Source of the DNA: Acidimicrobiales bacterium
GTDB taxonomy: Bacteria > Actinomycetota > Acidimicrobiia > Acidimicrobiales > SZUA-35
DNA length: 64,000 nt
Direction: 5' to 3'
Assembly (NCBI GenBank): GCA_020629155.1
Contig: JAHDDW010000005.1
Coordinates: forward strand, 69,703 to 133,702
The position numbers and the translations under genes are program-made. This document shows positions 36,460-47,200 of the stretch, one piece after another. Positions within the stretch are counted from its first letter, which is position 1; every line of letters starts with the position of its first letter. The notes under the pieces are model-generated. The model saw only the letters and a program-made list of their open reading frames with translations, was not told the origin of the DNA and did not search any database.

Positions 36460-36801
36460 CTATTCGACGTTAGATCCACAATCGCCAAACGCTTGCTTTT
36501 GTTCTTCGGTGAAGTTAGCCTGCGCAGTCGCTAAATCTTCTAGCGTGTTAATGTCTTTGGCTAAACCTTCAGCTTCGAAAAAGTCGGTGTAACATTTCGC
36601 CAACTCTGGCGAAGCGTTCGCCTCAAGCCATAGGTTGTTTAACGCTGAAAGTTTTTGCTCTGGAGAAACATCTTCGGCAGCGATAGCCTCTGCATGGCCT
36701 GTGATCGTTGTCCGAGTATCTTTAGCTTCTTTGCTACCAGAACAAGAAGTAAGCACAACAGCGAACAGAACTAACAATGAGAAACAGAATCTTTTTACCA
36801 T
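36460..36801 (-). CDS. lipoprotein, unknown function
   Basis: From Met 36801: MVKRFCFSLLVLFAVVLTSCSGS, a signal peptide with an LTSC lipobox. Confidence 0.6.
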   Translation of the reverse strand: MVKRFCFSLLVLFAVVLTSCSGSKEAKDTRTTITGHAEAIAAEDVSPEQKLSALNNLWLEANASPELAKCYTDFFEAEGLAKDINTLEDLATAQANFTEEQKQAFGDCGSNVE

Positions 36802-36976
36802 AGAAATCAGAATGTAGTTCGGATTGTGAAGCTTGTGGGGAACCATTGGCAAGAGTATCCACGTTGTGTTCAAACGAGGGAACTAGTGTGGCATAGAAGC
36901 TATAAAAATAATATTTGTTGCAACATTACAGACGCTTGGCCGTCAGTTCATATGCATGTTATACATTGGAGGATTA

Positions 36977-37786
36977 ATGTACGCACAAAATGTTGCTGAT
37001 GCAACGGAAACTATTGGAAGCGAAGCGTCAGACGTTGCAGGTGAAACTGTTGGCGCTGCTGGCGAAACCGCAGAGAAAAGCTTAGATATCGTAGGTGATT
37101 TGAAAGATGGTGTGACCGATTTTATTGGTGACATCATTGACTTTCTGCCTCGCCTCATCGGCTTTGTTGTTATCTTGCTTATTGGCTTGTTTGTCGCCAA
37201 ACTTGTCGGTCGAGCTGTTCGCAAACTGCTCAAGAAAGTTAAATTTGACCATTACATGGACAAAGCAGGTATCGGCGCACCGTTAGAGCGCGCAGGTTTC
37301 AAAGACAGCGGCAAATTCGCTGGCAAGCTTGTGTATTACACAGTTGCTCTTGTTGTTTTGCAGGCGGCTTTTGAAGTTCTTGGCATTAAAGCAATCCAAG
37401 AGCCATTCAATAAGCTTGTCGCTTGGATCCCTAACGCAATCATTGCTCTATTGCTTGTTGTTATCGGTGGCGTTATCGCCAATGTTGTGAAAGAACTAGT
37501 CGACGGTGTAACACGTGGACAGTCATACAACAACATCGTGACAAAGGCTGCTTTCTTCGGTGTTTGGGTCATCTTCGGGCTCGCTGCTTTGGATCAGATC
37601 CAAATCGGTGCGGACCTCGTCGATACGCTAACCACAACCGTGTTCACAAGCCTCGGAGCTATCATCGTTATTAAATACGGTGTTGGTGGTGTCTGGGCTG
37701 CTCGTGACCGTTTCTGGCCAGCCGTCTACGATAGCGTTTCAAGCAAACCATCAGCTGCTCGACCAGATCGATCAACAGAACTTTAA
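36977..37786 (+). CDS. membrane protein with conserved TM-helix repeats (MscS-N-terminal-like)
   Basis: GGAGG RBS 5 nt before ATG 36977. Repeated ...DF(I/L)P.LIGFVVILLIG..VAK.V... segments. Confidence 0.6.
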   Translation: MYAQNVADATETIGSEASDVAGETVGAAGETAEKSLDIVGDLKDGVTDFIGDIIDFLPRLIGFVVILLIGLFVAKLVGRAVRKLLKKVKFDHYMDKAGIGAPLERAGFKDSGKFAGKLVYYTVALVVLQAAFEVLGIKAIQEPFNKLVAWIPNAIIALLLVVIGGVIANVVKELVDGVTRGQSYNNIVTKAAFFGVWVIFGLAALDQIQIGADLVDTLTTTVFTSLGAIIVIKYGVGGVWAARDRFWPAVYDSVSSKPSAARPDRSTEL

Positions 37787-37810
37787 GAGTCGCTGGTTCA
37801 TACAGTAGTT

Positions 37811-37855
37811 AAAGGGAGGGAAGCTGCACGCAGCTTCCCTCCCTTTGTATTTGTG
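37811..37855 (+). terminator. strong hairpin terminator
   Basis: AAAGGGAGGGAAGCTGC / GCAGCTTCCCTCCCTTT, a stem of about 16 bp directly after the stop of 36977-37786, followed by GTATTTGTG. Confidence 0.7.
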
Positions 37856-38037
37856 CAGTGGATTTGGTTTAGTCCGCAGTATTGTACTAACAGGACTCAT
37901 TGCTTTTGCTGGTTTGATGAGCGACCCAACCAGTCGATTTCCGTTTCTTTTCTTAGCCATCGGGTTGATAACTCTCGTTTTTGCATTGTTATCAAGAAAG
38001 ATACAGCTTACTACATCAAGATAAATCTAAGCCTTTG

Positions 38038-38070
38038 CTATTCGGCTACTATTCGGCTACTATTCGGCTA
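38038..38070. repeat. 3 x 11-bp perfect tandem repeat (CTATTCGGCTA) abutting the Fic start codon
   Basis: CTATTCGGCTA CTATTCGGCTA CTATTCGGCTA, then C-ATG (ATG at 38072). Confidence 0.9.
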
Positions 38071-38071
38071 C

Positions 38072-39097
38072 ATGTTTGAACCGCAGTATGAAATAACTAA
38101 CAGACTGGTCAAGTTTATTGCCGAAATCCACACAAAAGCCGCTGCTTTTGCTGATAATAGCGCCTTCGGCGCAGAACTAGCGAAATATAGAGCAGATGCT
38201 AGAGCCCTCTCAAGTCACGCATCGACAAGTATTGAAGGCAACCCTTTAGCGTTAACAGATGTTAAACAGCTTCTAAAAAACGCGCCTGAACATATCCGAG
38301 ATAGCGAAAAAGAGATCCTTAACTACAACCAAGCTCTAGAAAAAACCGATCAAAAAGTCGACGCTGGCGACTGGAAAATAACAGCAACGCAACTCAACGC
38401 AATCCAAAAGACCGTCACAACAGATCTTTTGCCAAATCCTTTTCATATTGGCGAGCTAAGGAACGATCAAGTTGTTATCCGTGATCCGCGAAGTGGTTCA
38501 ATCATCTTTATTCCGCCAAACCATAAAGATGTCCCTTCGTTACTTGAAGAACTATGCAGGTTCGTTAACGATAACAATGGTGTGATCGACCCACTTCTAT
38601 TGGCTGGAATATTCCATAGACAATTTGTAATCATCCACCCATATATGGATGGCAACGGCAGGACAGCCAGAATAGCGACGTCGGCAATACTTGCCGCTAG
38701 TGAACTGAAAATCGGTTCGGTCTTCTCATTCGAAAACTATTACAACCAGAACATCACTAAATATTTCAACATGGTTGGAATGAAAGGCGACTATTACGAA
38801 ACAGCCAACGAAATTGATCACACGCAGTGGCTTGAATATTTCTGTGAAGGCATACTCGACGAACTTGCTAGGGTCAACAAACTTCTCTCAGCCCAAAAAA
38901 CAAATAACCTGGCGCACCTCACTGTAATCTTGGACTTCATAGATTTACATGGCTCGATTAATCAACAGCAATACGGCAGAATCACAGAGCGAAGTCTTGC
39001 AGCTCGCAAAAAAGACTTCAAGAAACTCATAGACGCGGGTTTGCTGGCAAGAATAGGCAAAGGCAAAAACACAAAATATCAACGCGCTGATGTCTAG
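38072..39097 (+). CDS. Fic-family protein (class II, intramolecular inhibitory helix) with C-terminal wHTH
   Basis: Active-site motif HPYMDGNGRTAR. N-terminal inhibitory motif STSIEGN, i.e. (S/T)xxxE(G/N). I prefer ATG 38072 (MFEPQYEITNRL...) to the track start at 37853. Confidence 0.85.
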   Translation: MFEPQYEITNRLVKFIAEIHTKAAAFADNSAFGAELAKYRADARALSSHASTSIEGNPLALTDVKQLLKNAPEHIRDSEKEILNYNQALEKTDQKVDAGDWKITATQLNAIQKTVTTDLLPNPFHIGELRNDQVVIRDPRSGSIIFIPPNHKDVPSLLEELCRFVNDNNGVIDPLLLAGIFHRQFVIIHPYMDGNGRTARIATSAILAASELKIGSVFSFENYYNQNITKYFNMVGMKGDYYETANEIDHTQWLEYFCEGILDELARVNKLLSAQKTNNLAHLTVILDFIDLHGSINQQQYGRITERSLAARKKDFKKLIDAGLLARIGKGKNTKYQRADV

Positions 39098-39253
39098 CTA
39101 AAACCTGTTGCTTGTCTATTGCTTATCGCGGCTTCCGCCTGAGACGAACTGCAGGTCAGGTCGCGCAGCGTCGCGTTTAAGGTATGGCTGTCCAGTTTCA
39201 GCTCAAGAACGAATGCTGAAACAAGAACCCTTAGACCTAAGTATCATGGATGC

Positions 39254-39715
39254 ATGTTTGATACTTTAATTATGATTAAACCTGAATCGGAGCTACCAGT
39301 TAGTGAGATGCAGGCCATGCTTGAAAAGTTGTGCTTGACTGATCATAGCCTTGAATTGTCGCAAGGCGATAGCGGTTTCGTGATCAGAAGGGGTCAGTCA
39401 GCTATAAGTATTTTGTTTAGCCAAGAACCTCACGTTGTGGAAGAAAGTAAGGAAATCGCCGAAGCATTTGCCGTTCCGTGCGAAGGCTGTTACTCAAGGT
39501 ACGAGTTAGAGGCTGAAGTCGTAGACGATGAGATATTCAATGATTTTATCATCTTGATTGATATTCTCGCCGCAAGGAGTGAACTTGTGCTATTTGATGC
39601 TGTTCAAGGAAAACATATCAAGCAAATTATGAAGAAGGACGAAAGTCAAAAGACATCTAAGAGAATAGATTTCAGTAACTTGTCTTCGCTGGATGAAAAG
39701 TGGTTTGATAGTTGA
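39254..39715 (+). CDS. hypothetical protein (153 aa, acidic)
   Basis: Clean ORF with no recognisable family. Confidence 0.45.
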   Translation: MFDTLIMIKPESELPVSEMQAMLEKLCLTDHSLELSQGDSGFVIRRGQSAISILFSQEPHVVEESKEIAEAFAVPCEGCYSRYELEAEVVDDEIFNDFIILIDILAARSELVLFDAVQGKHIKQIMKKDESQKTSKRIDFSNLSSLDEKWFDS

Positions 39716-39879
39716 CAACCATCACGAACTGCCACGTTCGATAAGCTCGTCGACAACACGTGGCCGATTCGCAAATATGCCTTATCTGAAGAACCTCAAA
39801 TCGACGCTCGTAACCCTCGTCCTCATTCAGAAAGAATCGCACTGGTGGTTTCTCTTTCTTACAGAATGTGGAAGTTAAG

Positions 39880-40025
39880 TGATCGGGAAACGCCCTCGTA
39901 TTCACGCTCGACGATGCCAGGAAAGATATACAGGAACTTCCTGAAGATTTTAGTGACATGATCGCATGCTTGTTAGACGCAGAATGCGACTTTGTTATTG
40001 TCGGAGCGTACGCTGCTTTACGCGG
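39880..40025 (+). pseudogene. 5' fragment of a nucleotidyltransferase-like gene
   Basis: From GTG 39880: ...FTLDDARKDIQELPEDFSDMIACLLDAECDFVIVGAYAA. This resembles the N-terminus of nucleotidyltransferase-fold proteins (..FLVVGGYA..). The similarity stops where the IS remnant begins. Confidence 0.35.
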
Positions 40026-40391
40026 CCCAGCACTTCTGGTTTTCTGTGTTCTTAATCTGACGCTAGCGAATGTTGACTCGATCGGGTTCGTGGAGCGTAG
40101 ATGTATCCGATGTTGTTTCGGGAAATCATAGATAGCCAGTAATCTGTTGAGATCGTCAGTAATTTTGGCTGCCGATTTCGGGAACTCGGCGTAGCGTTCA
40201 GCAAAGTTCTATGCTGCAACCATTGCTTGTTCACGAGTCGCTGCTTTATAGATTTTGTGGATCTGTGGTTTAGATTCTTTATGTAGCCGTTTCGGTAACG
40301 CTGCTAACACGTTTTTAGCTTTATGTATCCAACACCTCTGCTCAGCGACTCCTGGAACATGTCGGCTACGAGCTCCCGAAACTGTACAATG
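40026..40391 (-). mobile_element. IS256-family (Mutator-type) transposase remnant, truncated at both ends, with an in-frame stop
   Basis: Minus-strand translation by eye: ...AEQRCWIHKAKNVLAALPKRLHKESKPQIHKIYKAATREQAMVAA*NFAERYAEFPKSAAKITDDLNRLLAIYDFPKQHRIHLRSTNPIESTFASVRLRTQKT. The QRCW.HK..NVL..LPK and YDFP..H..HLR.TNPIES.F..VRLR blocks are IS256 signatures. The TAG lies at 40209-40211. Confidence 0.75.
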
Positions 40392-40393
40392 AA

Positions 40394-40837
40394 GTGGTGA
40401 GACTCACCTCTACGAACGGCAGTTTCGTTGCCCTTACTATTGTCCATTACCAGTTTGAGTCAGGGCTAGATTGGTACGATTCGAACTGGTTGGTTCTCTC
40501 TGGTGAGGCTTCGGATTTGGCAGGAAGATGGTCCTTTAGAGACCCCTGCCTCCTAACCACAGAGGCCCAAACACTAGGTGGGTGGCTTCGACGAGCGGCA
40601 GACGCTTCATTGTCCGTGGATCGTATCGACTTTCTTGAGCCGAACCTATCGTTTGAGCGTGTCACCACCAACTCAAAAACCAGCACGATCCGAGTTGGGT
40701 TTGATCTTGAATCACGCCCTGCCGGAGCGGCAGAAGACGAGGTCTATTGCGTTGATCTCTGCATCAGCACCGAAGCCTGCGTTGAAGCAAGTGACGATTG
40801 GTTACGCGAATTGGAACACTTTCCTGAACGCAACTAG
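40394..40837 (+). CDS. hypothetical protein, possibly a WapI-like immunity protein
   Basis: 147 aa: ...HYQFESGLDWYDSNWLVLSGEASDLAGRWSFRDPCLLTTEAQTLGGWL...IDFLEPNLSFE...IRVGFDLE. The YxF...(Y/W)DxNWL ... W...DP.L ... F.EPNL.F pattern is what I recall for WapI-type immunity proteins. This is a memory-based call. Confidence 0.4.
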   Translation: MVRLTSTNGSFVALTIVHYQFESGLDWYDSNWLVLSGEASDLAGRWSFRDPCLLTTEAQTLGGWLRRAADASLSVDRIDFLEPNLSFERVTTNSKTSTIRVGFDLESRPAGAAEDEVYCVDLCISTEACVEASDDWLRELEHFPERN

Positions 40838-41167
40838 ACGACCCTGCATTCAATCAGTGCCTCCAAACTGTCGTTCATCGTTTTGTCTGATGCTGGAAAC
40901 TCTTGTGCATCCGATTCGTTGACCCATCAAAAATACTCCTGTAACTTTTTTCTACTAGCTAGGTGTTCGAATAGATAAAAGTTGTGGAGTATTTCTTGTT
41001 GTGCAGTAAGCATTAGTAATGACAAGAAGCAAACGCAAATAATCAGGGTTTTTATGTTGACTAGCTAAAACCCTACAACCAGGAGAAACAAACCCTGTAT
41101 CTGTGATAACAACCAACATGACGGGTAACTCTTACATGGGGATTGCCATTGTCCTCTGGTAGCAGAT

Positions 41168-41197
41168 GAGGACAACCAGGTTGATCTGATTGTCCTC
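41168..41197 (-). terminator. hairpin downstream of the giant gene (no U-tract)
   Basis: GAGGACAA-N14-TTGTCCTC, about 30 nt after the stop at 41225. Confidence 0.25.
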
Positions 41198-41224
41198 ACA
41201 CGCATGTCTATTTGTAACTAGTTG

Positions 41225-44200
41225 CTAGCTTTTGCGTAGCCGTCTGCGGCTTACCACTTTGATTGCGACGCCAGCAGTAAGCAAGATTGCAGCGTAGACG
41301 AGTAAGCTGTCAAGCAGCGAACTGCCTGTCTTTGGTAAGAACGGTACCTTTTCAGGTACAAACGGTAATGCTGTAGGTGGTGGTGTTTCGCCAACATAAT
41401 GCGATGCGTCGCTCGCAGAAGCCGAAATGTCAGTAGAACCGTCAGCGGTTTTCACTGCAATATAGTCTTCTGGATTTTGCGGCCAGGTTGAAGGATCAGA
41501 TGGGTCGCAGCCACAGGTCTCAGGGTCAGGCATAGCTGACGTGCCATCAATCGTGGCTGTGTTCTGATATGGCCCCTCGGTTGCAATCGCACTTGCACTA
41601 CACGTAACAGATTCACCAGGTAGCAGCAGCGCGATAACGTTAGAGCCGTCACCACAATCAACGGTCAAACTTGGGTCATCATCGCTTACTGTTATGGCAG
41701 TTGCGGCAGATGTACCTTCGTTTGTGACGACATAGCTCCACGTCACCGTGTCGCCAACGGTAACCGCTTTGGCGTCGCCTGCGCTGTCAGCGTCAGATCC
41801 GTTTGTGCTTTTCTCTACCGTCAATTTATTTTCGACGCCAAAGTAGTGTGACGGGTCGTCTGCTGTCATCGGTGGATACGGCTCGCCCGTCTCAGGGTCA
41901 ATTACTGGCTCATAATCGCTAGGGTCTGTTGGCCATGTTGACGGATCATCAGGGTCACAACCACAGGTTTCTGGGTTAGGTAACACTGGATCGCCGACAA
42001 GCTCAGCCAAGTTCTGGTATTGACCAGTTATCGCCGTGCCTGTGCCAGTACACGTAACAGATTCACCAGGCAACAGTAATGCGATAACGTTTGAGCCGTT
42101 ACCACAGTCAACGCTCACGCCTTGTGAGTCAGTCACCGTCGCGTTTGCAACAGCAACGTTTGTTGTGTTCATCACAACAAAGGTCCAGGTAACATCGCCG
42201 TCTGTCGAAATGTATGGCCCCACAGGGTCATCGGCATCAACATCATTGGTGTATTTCTCGATGGTGAGCTCGCCTTCTGAACCATAGTAATGCGAAGGAT
42301 CTTCATCGGTTACATCGTCGATAGGGTCACCGTTTTCATCGGTTGGTTCTTCAAAAGCGCTTTCATCATCTGGCCATGTTGATGGATCACTATGATCGCA
42401 ATCACAGTCTTCACCAGGCAACATTGGGGTTCCAGAAACTTCACCAAGGTTCATATATTGACCAGCGGTCGCTGTGCCCGTCGCAATACAGGTTACTTCG
42501 TCTCCTGGGAGCATGAAGTCGATAACGTTATCGCCGCCACCGCAGCTAACCGTTACACCTTGTGAGTCAGTAACGGTCACATCAGCAAGCGCTGTGTTGC
42601 CCGTGTTGATAACAACATAGGTCCATGTCACCAGGTCACCTGGAGCAATACCAGGGCCAGGCGTTGCATCAGCGTCGAAACCGTTTGTAGCTTTCTCGAT
42701 ATCGACACTTGGGACTGCGCCATAGTAATGTGATGGGTCTTTGTCTTCAACGGTTGGCCATGGTTCGCCGTCGTCATCGTTAGGAAGAGAGAACTCATCT
42801 GGATCATTTGGCCACGTTGTTGGGTCATCAAGATCGCAATCACAGGTCGCAGGATCAGGCAACACAGGAGTGCCGACAACCGTTGCGTTGTTTTCAAACT
42901 GGCCCTCTGTCGCTATGCCAGTTGCAGTACAGGTCACAACATCGTCAGGCAGCATAAGGTCGATAACGTTGTCACCGTTTGTGTCGCCGTAATGATCGGC
43001 ACAACTAATGCCTCCAGCAGGTGCAGGAATATCAGTAACCGTCACACCAGCAAGTGCAGTGTTGCCATCATTGGTCACGTCATAAGTCCATGTCACTGTA
43101 TCGCCAGGAACATAGGCTGGTCCTGTTGGATTATCAGCGTCGAAAATGCCGGTGCTCTTTTCAAGCTTCACACTTGGATCAGCGCCATAGTAATGCGATG
43201 GGTCTTCATCGGTTACTTCAGGCCACGGTTCGCCGTCTTCAGCGTCAGGTTGGAAATAGACATCTGGGTCGCCTGGCCATGTTGATGGGTCAGACAAATC
43301 ACAATCGCAAGTTTCTGGGTCAGGCAAATACGGATCGCCAGCCACATCACTTGTGTTAGCAAATGGGCCATCAACAGCAATGCCAGAGGCAGTACAAATA
43401 ACCGTTTCATTTGGCAGCAACAAGTCGATAACGTTGTCGCCATCGGTGTCGCTGTAATGATCGGCACAGCTGATGCCGCCAATTGGTGCTGGGATATCGT
43501 TAACTGTCACGCCAACAAGTGCTGTGTTTCCATCATTAAGCACCTCATAGGTCCACGTTATTGGATCGCCAGGAGCAATCGCTGGGCCAACAGGTTCGTC
43601 AGCTTGCACACCGTTTGTACGTTTTTCGATGTCAACTGACGGCCGCATACCATAGTAATGCGATGGATCTTCGTGCTCCACATTTGGCCATGGCTCGCCT
43701 TCATCATCAAGAAGATCTTCATACAAGCCTTCATCATCTGGCCACGACGTTGGGTCATCAAGATCACAACCACAGGTCGCAGGGTCAGGCAACACTGGGT
43801 CGCCGTTAACTGTTGCGTTGTTTTCAAACTGGCCGTCAATCGCACTGCCAGTGGCGGTACATGTCACCATGTCGCCAGGCAACATAATATCGATGATATG
43901 GTCGCCGTTGGTATCATCACGGAAATCGTCACAAACAATGCCACCAGATGGTGCTGGAATATCAGTTACGGTCACATCAAGCAACGTCGTGTTGCCGTTG
44001 TTATGCAACTCATAAGTCCAGGTAACCAAACCATTTAGTTTAATAGCTGGCCCAGTTTCATCATCAGCATCGAAGGTGTTTGTTTTCTTCTCCAAATCAA
44101 TGCTAGGGTTCGCGCCATAGTAATGCGACGGGTCGCTATCTTCCTCGTTCTCCAGATCTTCACCATCAGATCCGTCTAGATTATCGAACACGTCAGGATT

Positions 44201-47200
44201 CGTTGGCCACGTGTCAGGATCATCAGGATCACAATCGCAGGTTTCTGGGTTCGGCATATGCGGGTCACCAGAGACCGTTGCATTATTCGCAAACGGACCA
44301 GCAACAGCAGTGCCTGTCGCAGTACAAATAACCTCGTCACCAGGCAACAATATATCGATCACATTGTCGCCGTCGGTGTCACCGTTATGGTCAGCACAGC
44401 TAATACCGCCAGCAGGTGCTGGAATATCGGTTACTGTCGCAGGAACAAACGCTGTTTGTCCTTCGTTCCTAATAGTGTAGGTCCACGTTACTGGGTCGCC
44501 AGGGGCGATACCAGGGCCGTTCGGGTCGTCAGCTTGGACATCATTCGTTGTTTTTTCAATGTCAATGTCAGAACCGAGATAACGAACTTTCGCCTGGTTC
44601 ACCACTTCATCGACAATCTGATCAGAAACCACTTGCACGTCGTTCACATACCAATCGCCGAGAACAACCACAATAGGAACGTCAGTAACAAGTTGAATAT
44701 CAATCGACTCGCCAGCTTGCAAGTCAGAGATATCCCACATAATTTCTTGCGTGCCACCTGTACCTGCGCCAGCAGCGCCAACGTTATTGAGTGTTACCCG
44801 TGGGTCTGTCGAACTCCACGAGTTAAAGGTTAACGGCGCAGGCAAGAAGTCGGTCACCACAAGATTATCATTCGCAGTATCAGGTGCAGGGTTTGTCACC
44901 GTGATCGTCCAACTAGCTGTATTGCCAGACGACAAAATACCAAACTCTTGACGGTCAAGCGTTTTAGAAATCTCTAACGCATTTGCGCCGAGCGCAGCAA
45001 GTGACGGATCGCTAGAACGAGCACCAGTTACCGTGCCAGGCAGGGTAGAACCGTCCAAACCGAACGACTCGGCAGTAGCCCAGTTTGTCACGTTTAGCGG
45101 CGACTCTGCGCCAGGGGTAGCAGTGAACTCAATTTGCGCTGTATCGCCAGGAGCGATATCGCCAACAACCCATTCAAGGGTTTGCACGTTTGTTGTTAAC
45201 GTGCCTGTTGTAGGCTCGGCAGCGGTCCAACCAGTTCCGGTCGTTGTGCCGCCGTCATAGGTCCAGTGATATGGCAACGTGTCGTCGACAGTCACGCCAT
45301 AGGCTGGCGCTCCACCATCGTTTGCTACTTCAATACACCATGTATGTGGCTTGCCTTTTTCAGCAAACGCAAAGTTATTAGTACAGTCTCCAGAGTGCTT
45401 TTCCATCACAAGGTTAGGGCCAGAAAGCGGTGTCTCGGTTTCAACAACATCACCTTCATAGATGCGGTCATCGTCTTCAGGCGTTAACCCTGCACGAGCA
45501 CGGTAGCTGCTAATAGACGCTTCGTTGTCGGCAGTGCCGAAGCCATCAGAAAGATAACTGTCGGTAACCTCAGCGGTGTATTCCAACGTCACTACATCAC
45601 CAGGGTTCACCTGGGTGATAAACCACTGCAACTGTGGATCTATAGTCGTCCAACCGTTAGTAGTAACAGCACCAGGGAACGTCGGCGTAGCCATCACCGC
45701 GTTTTCTAACGCACCGTTAGGCGTGTCAGAAACTTCAACGGCATAGGCTGGAATTTCACCAGTGTTTTCAACCGTCACCGTATAGGTGATTGTCGAGCTG
45801 CCATCGGTCGGAGTCGCCGACGGAACAGCCACTTTATTGATTGTCAACTCTGGCTCTTCAATGTCGAGATCAGCCGTTGTTGTATCAGATGGGGGATAGG
45901 TTACATAACTTGATGGGTCAGGAATGGCGAGGGGATCGTCAAAGAGATTCTCTTCATTCGAATACCCAGTAACCGCATTTGTCAGCACGTCTTCGTCGAG
46001 AACCTGTGTGGTCCCGTCGTTATACGTGCCATCAACACGGACACGATATTTCATCGTCCAGGTATGCGGTGTTGCAGAACCTGGCATATCACCAAACCAC
46101 CACGCAAGCGTTGTGGTGCCGTCTGCGTTGACAACTTCGGCCAGCTCCAACACGTCAGCAGGCGTGAAACTGCCAGGGCAGCCGCCGCTGCACGTCACAC
46201 CTTGGTATGAATCAAAGGTGAGACCATCAGGAATAGTGTCTATATAGAGTAAGTCCATGTAGACATCAAACTCAGGCGCTGTCCACGACACCTCGTATTC
46301 AACAAAGTCGTTGATCGTCGCAGGGTTTGGCGTAACTGACTTTGTCGGTGTCGGCGGTGCTTTCGGATTCACAACGGTGATCTTGCCGTCGTCTTCAAAG
46401 TCAGAGTCATACCATTCTTTCACGAATGTAGAAGCATTGTTTTCCCAAATCAACAAGTTCTTTTCGTCTTTGTTAACAAGGATCGGAATGGTAATGGTAA
46501 TTGTTTCACCAGGGGCGATCGAATCAAAGAACCATTCAATATGGGTACTTTCGGTATTGCCACCAGTACAAACAGACTCGCTAAAGCCAGTGCCGCCAAC
46601 TGCTGTTGCATCACCACAGGTGTAACCACCATCAGCACCAAGCGGCGCTTGCGGATTGCCGCCAAGGGTTGCGGTGAGATCATCGACGATTGTTAAATCT
46701 TCGACAGGTACATCCAAACCGTTTGTGAATGTAATGGTATATTCAGGGTTTGTTTCGTCTGCAACAAAGTCATCGTCAGGAGTTTTTTCAAACGCGAGCG
46801 GGTTAGGCACAGGCGCAATCATGTCAAAAGAATCAGTTATCAGATTCGCAGGATCATAATCTGTTAACGCTTGAACGCTAACGTTGTTTTCCATAAAGTA
46901 TTTCTCGGTCGAGGTTGTGTCAGGGTCACAGTCAAACACTAACGGGTCAGGAATCGCATCGTAATGAATACGGATCCAGTTCGCTTTGTCAGACGCACCC
47001 TTGTCGTAGGTGCCTAAACTTGTACTATTGGAGTAACGCTCGCGAGAGTCGACATAGCGAACATCCCACGGTGCTGAACCATCATCGCCGCCGTCTTTCT
47101 CAAAGTTCCAGCTAAGTGTCTGGCCACCATTATGGTAGGTGCCAACGTTACAGCTTGTCTCGGTTGTTGCGTCAACCGCAGGGTCAACGAGCGGAATGGC

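Noticed and set aside
39672-39959. 95-aa minus-strand ORF, considered as a continuation of the IS256 transposase C-terminus
   Set aside because: Beyond ...VRLRTQKTRSAGPR the translation loses resemblance to IS256 C-termini, and it overlaps the end of ORF 39254-39715. It is probably a fortuitous open frame.
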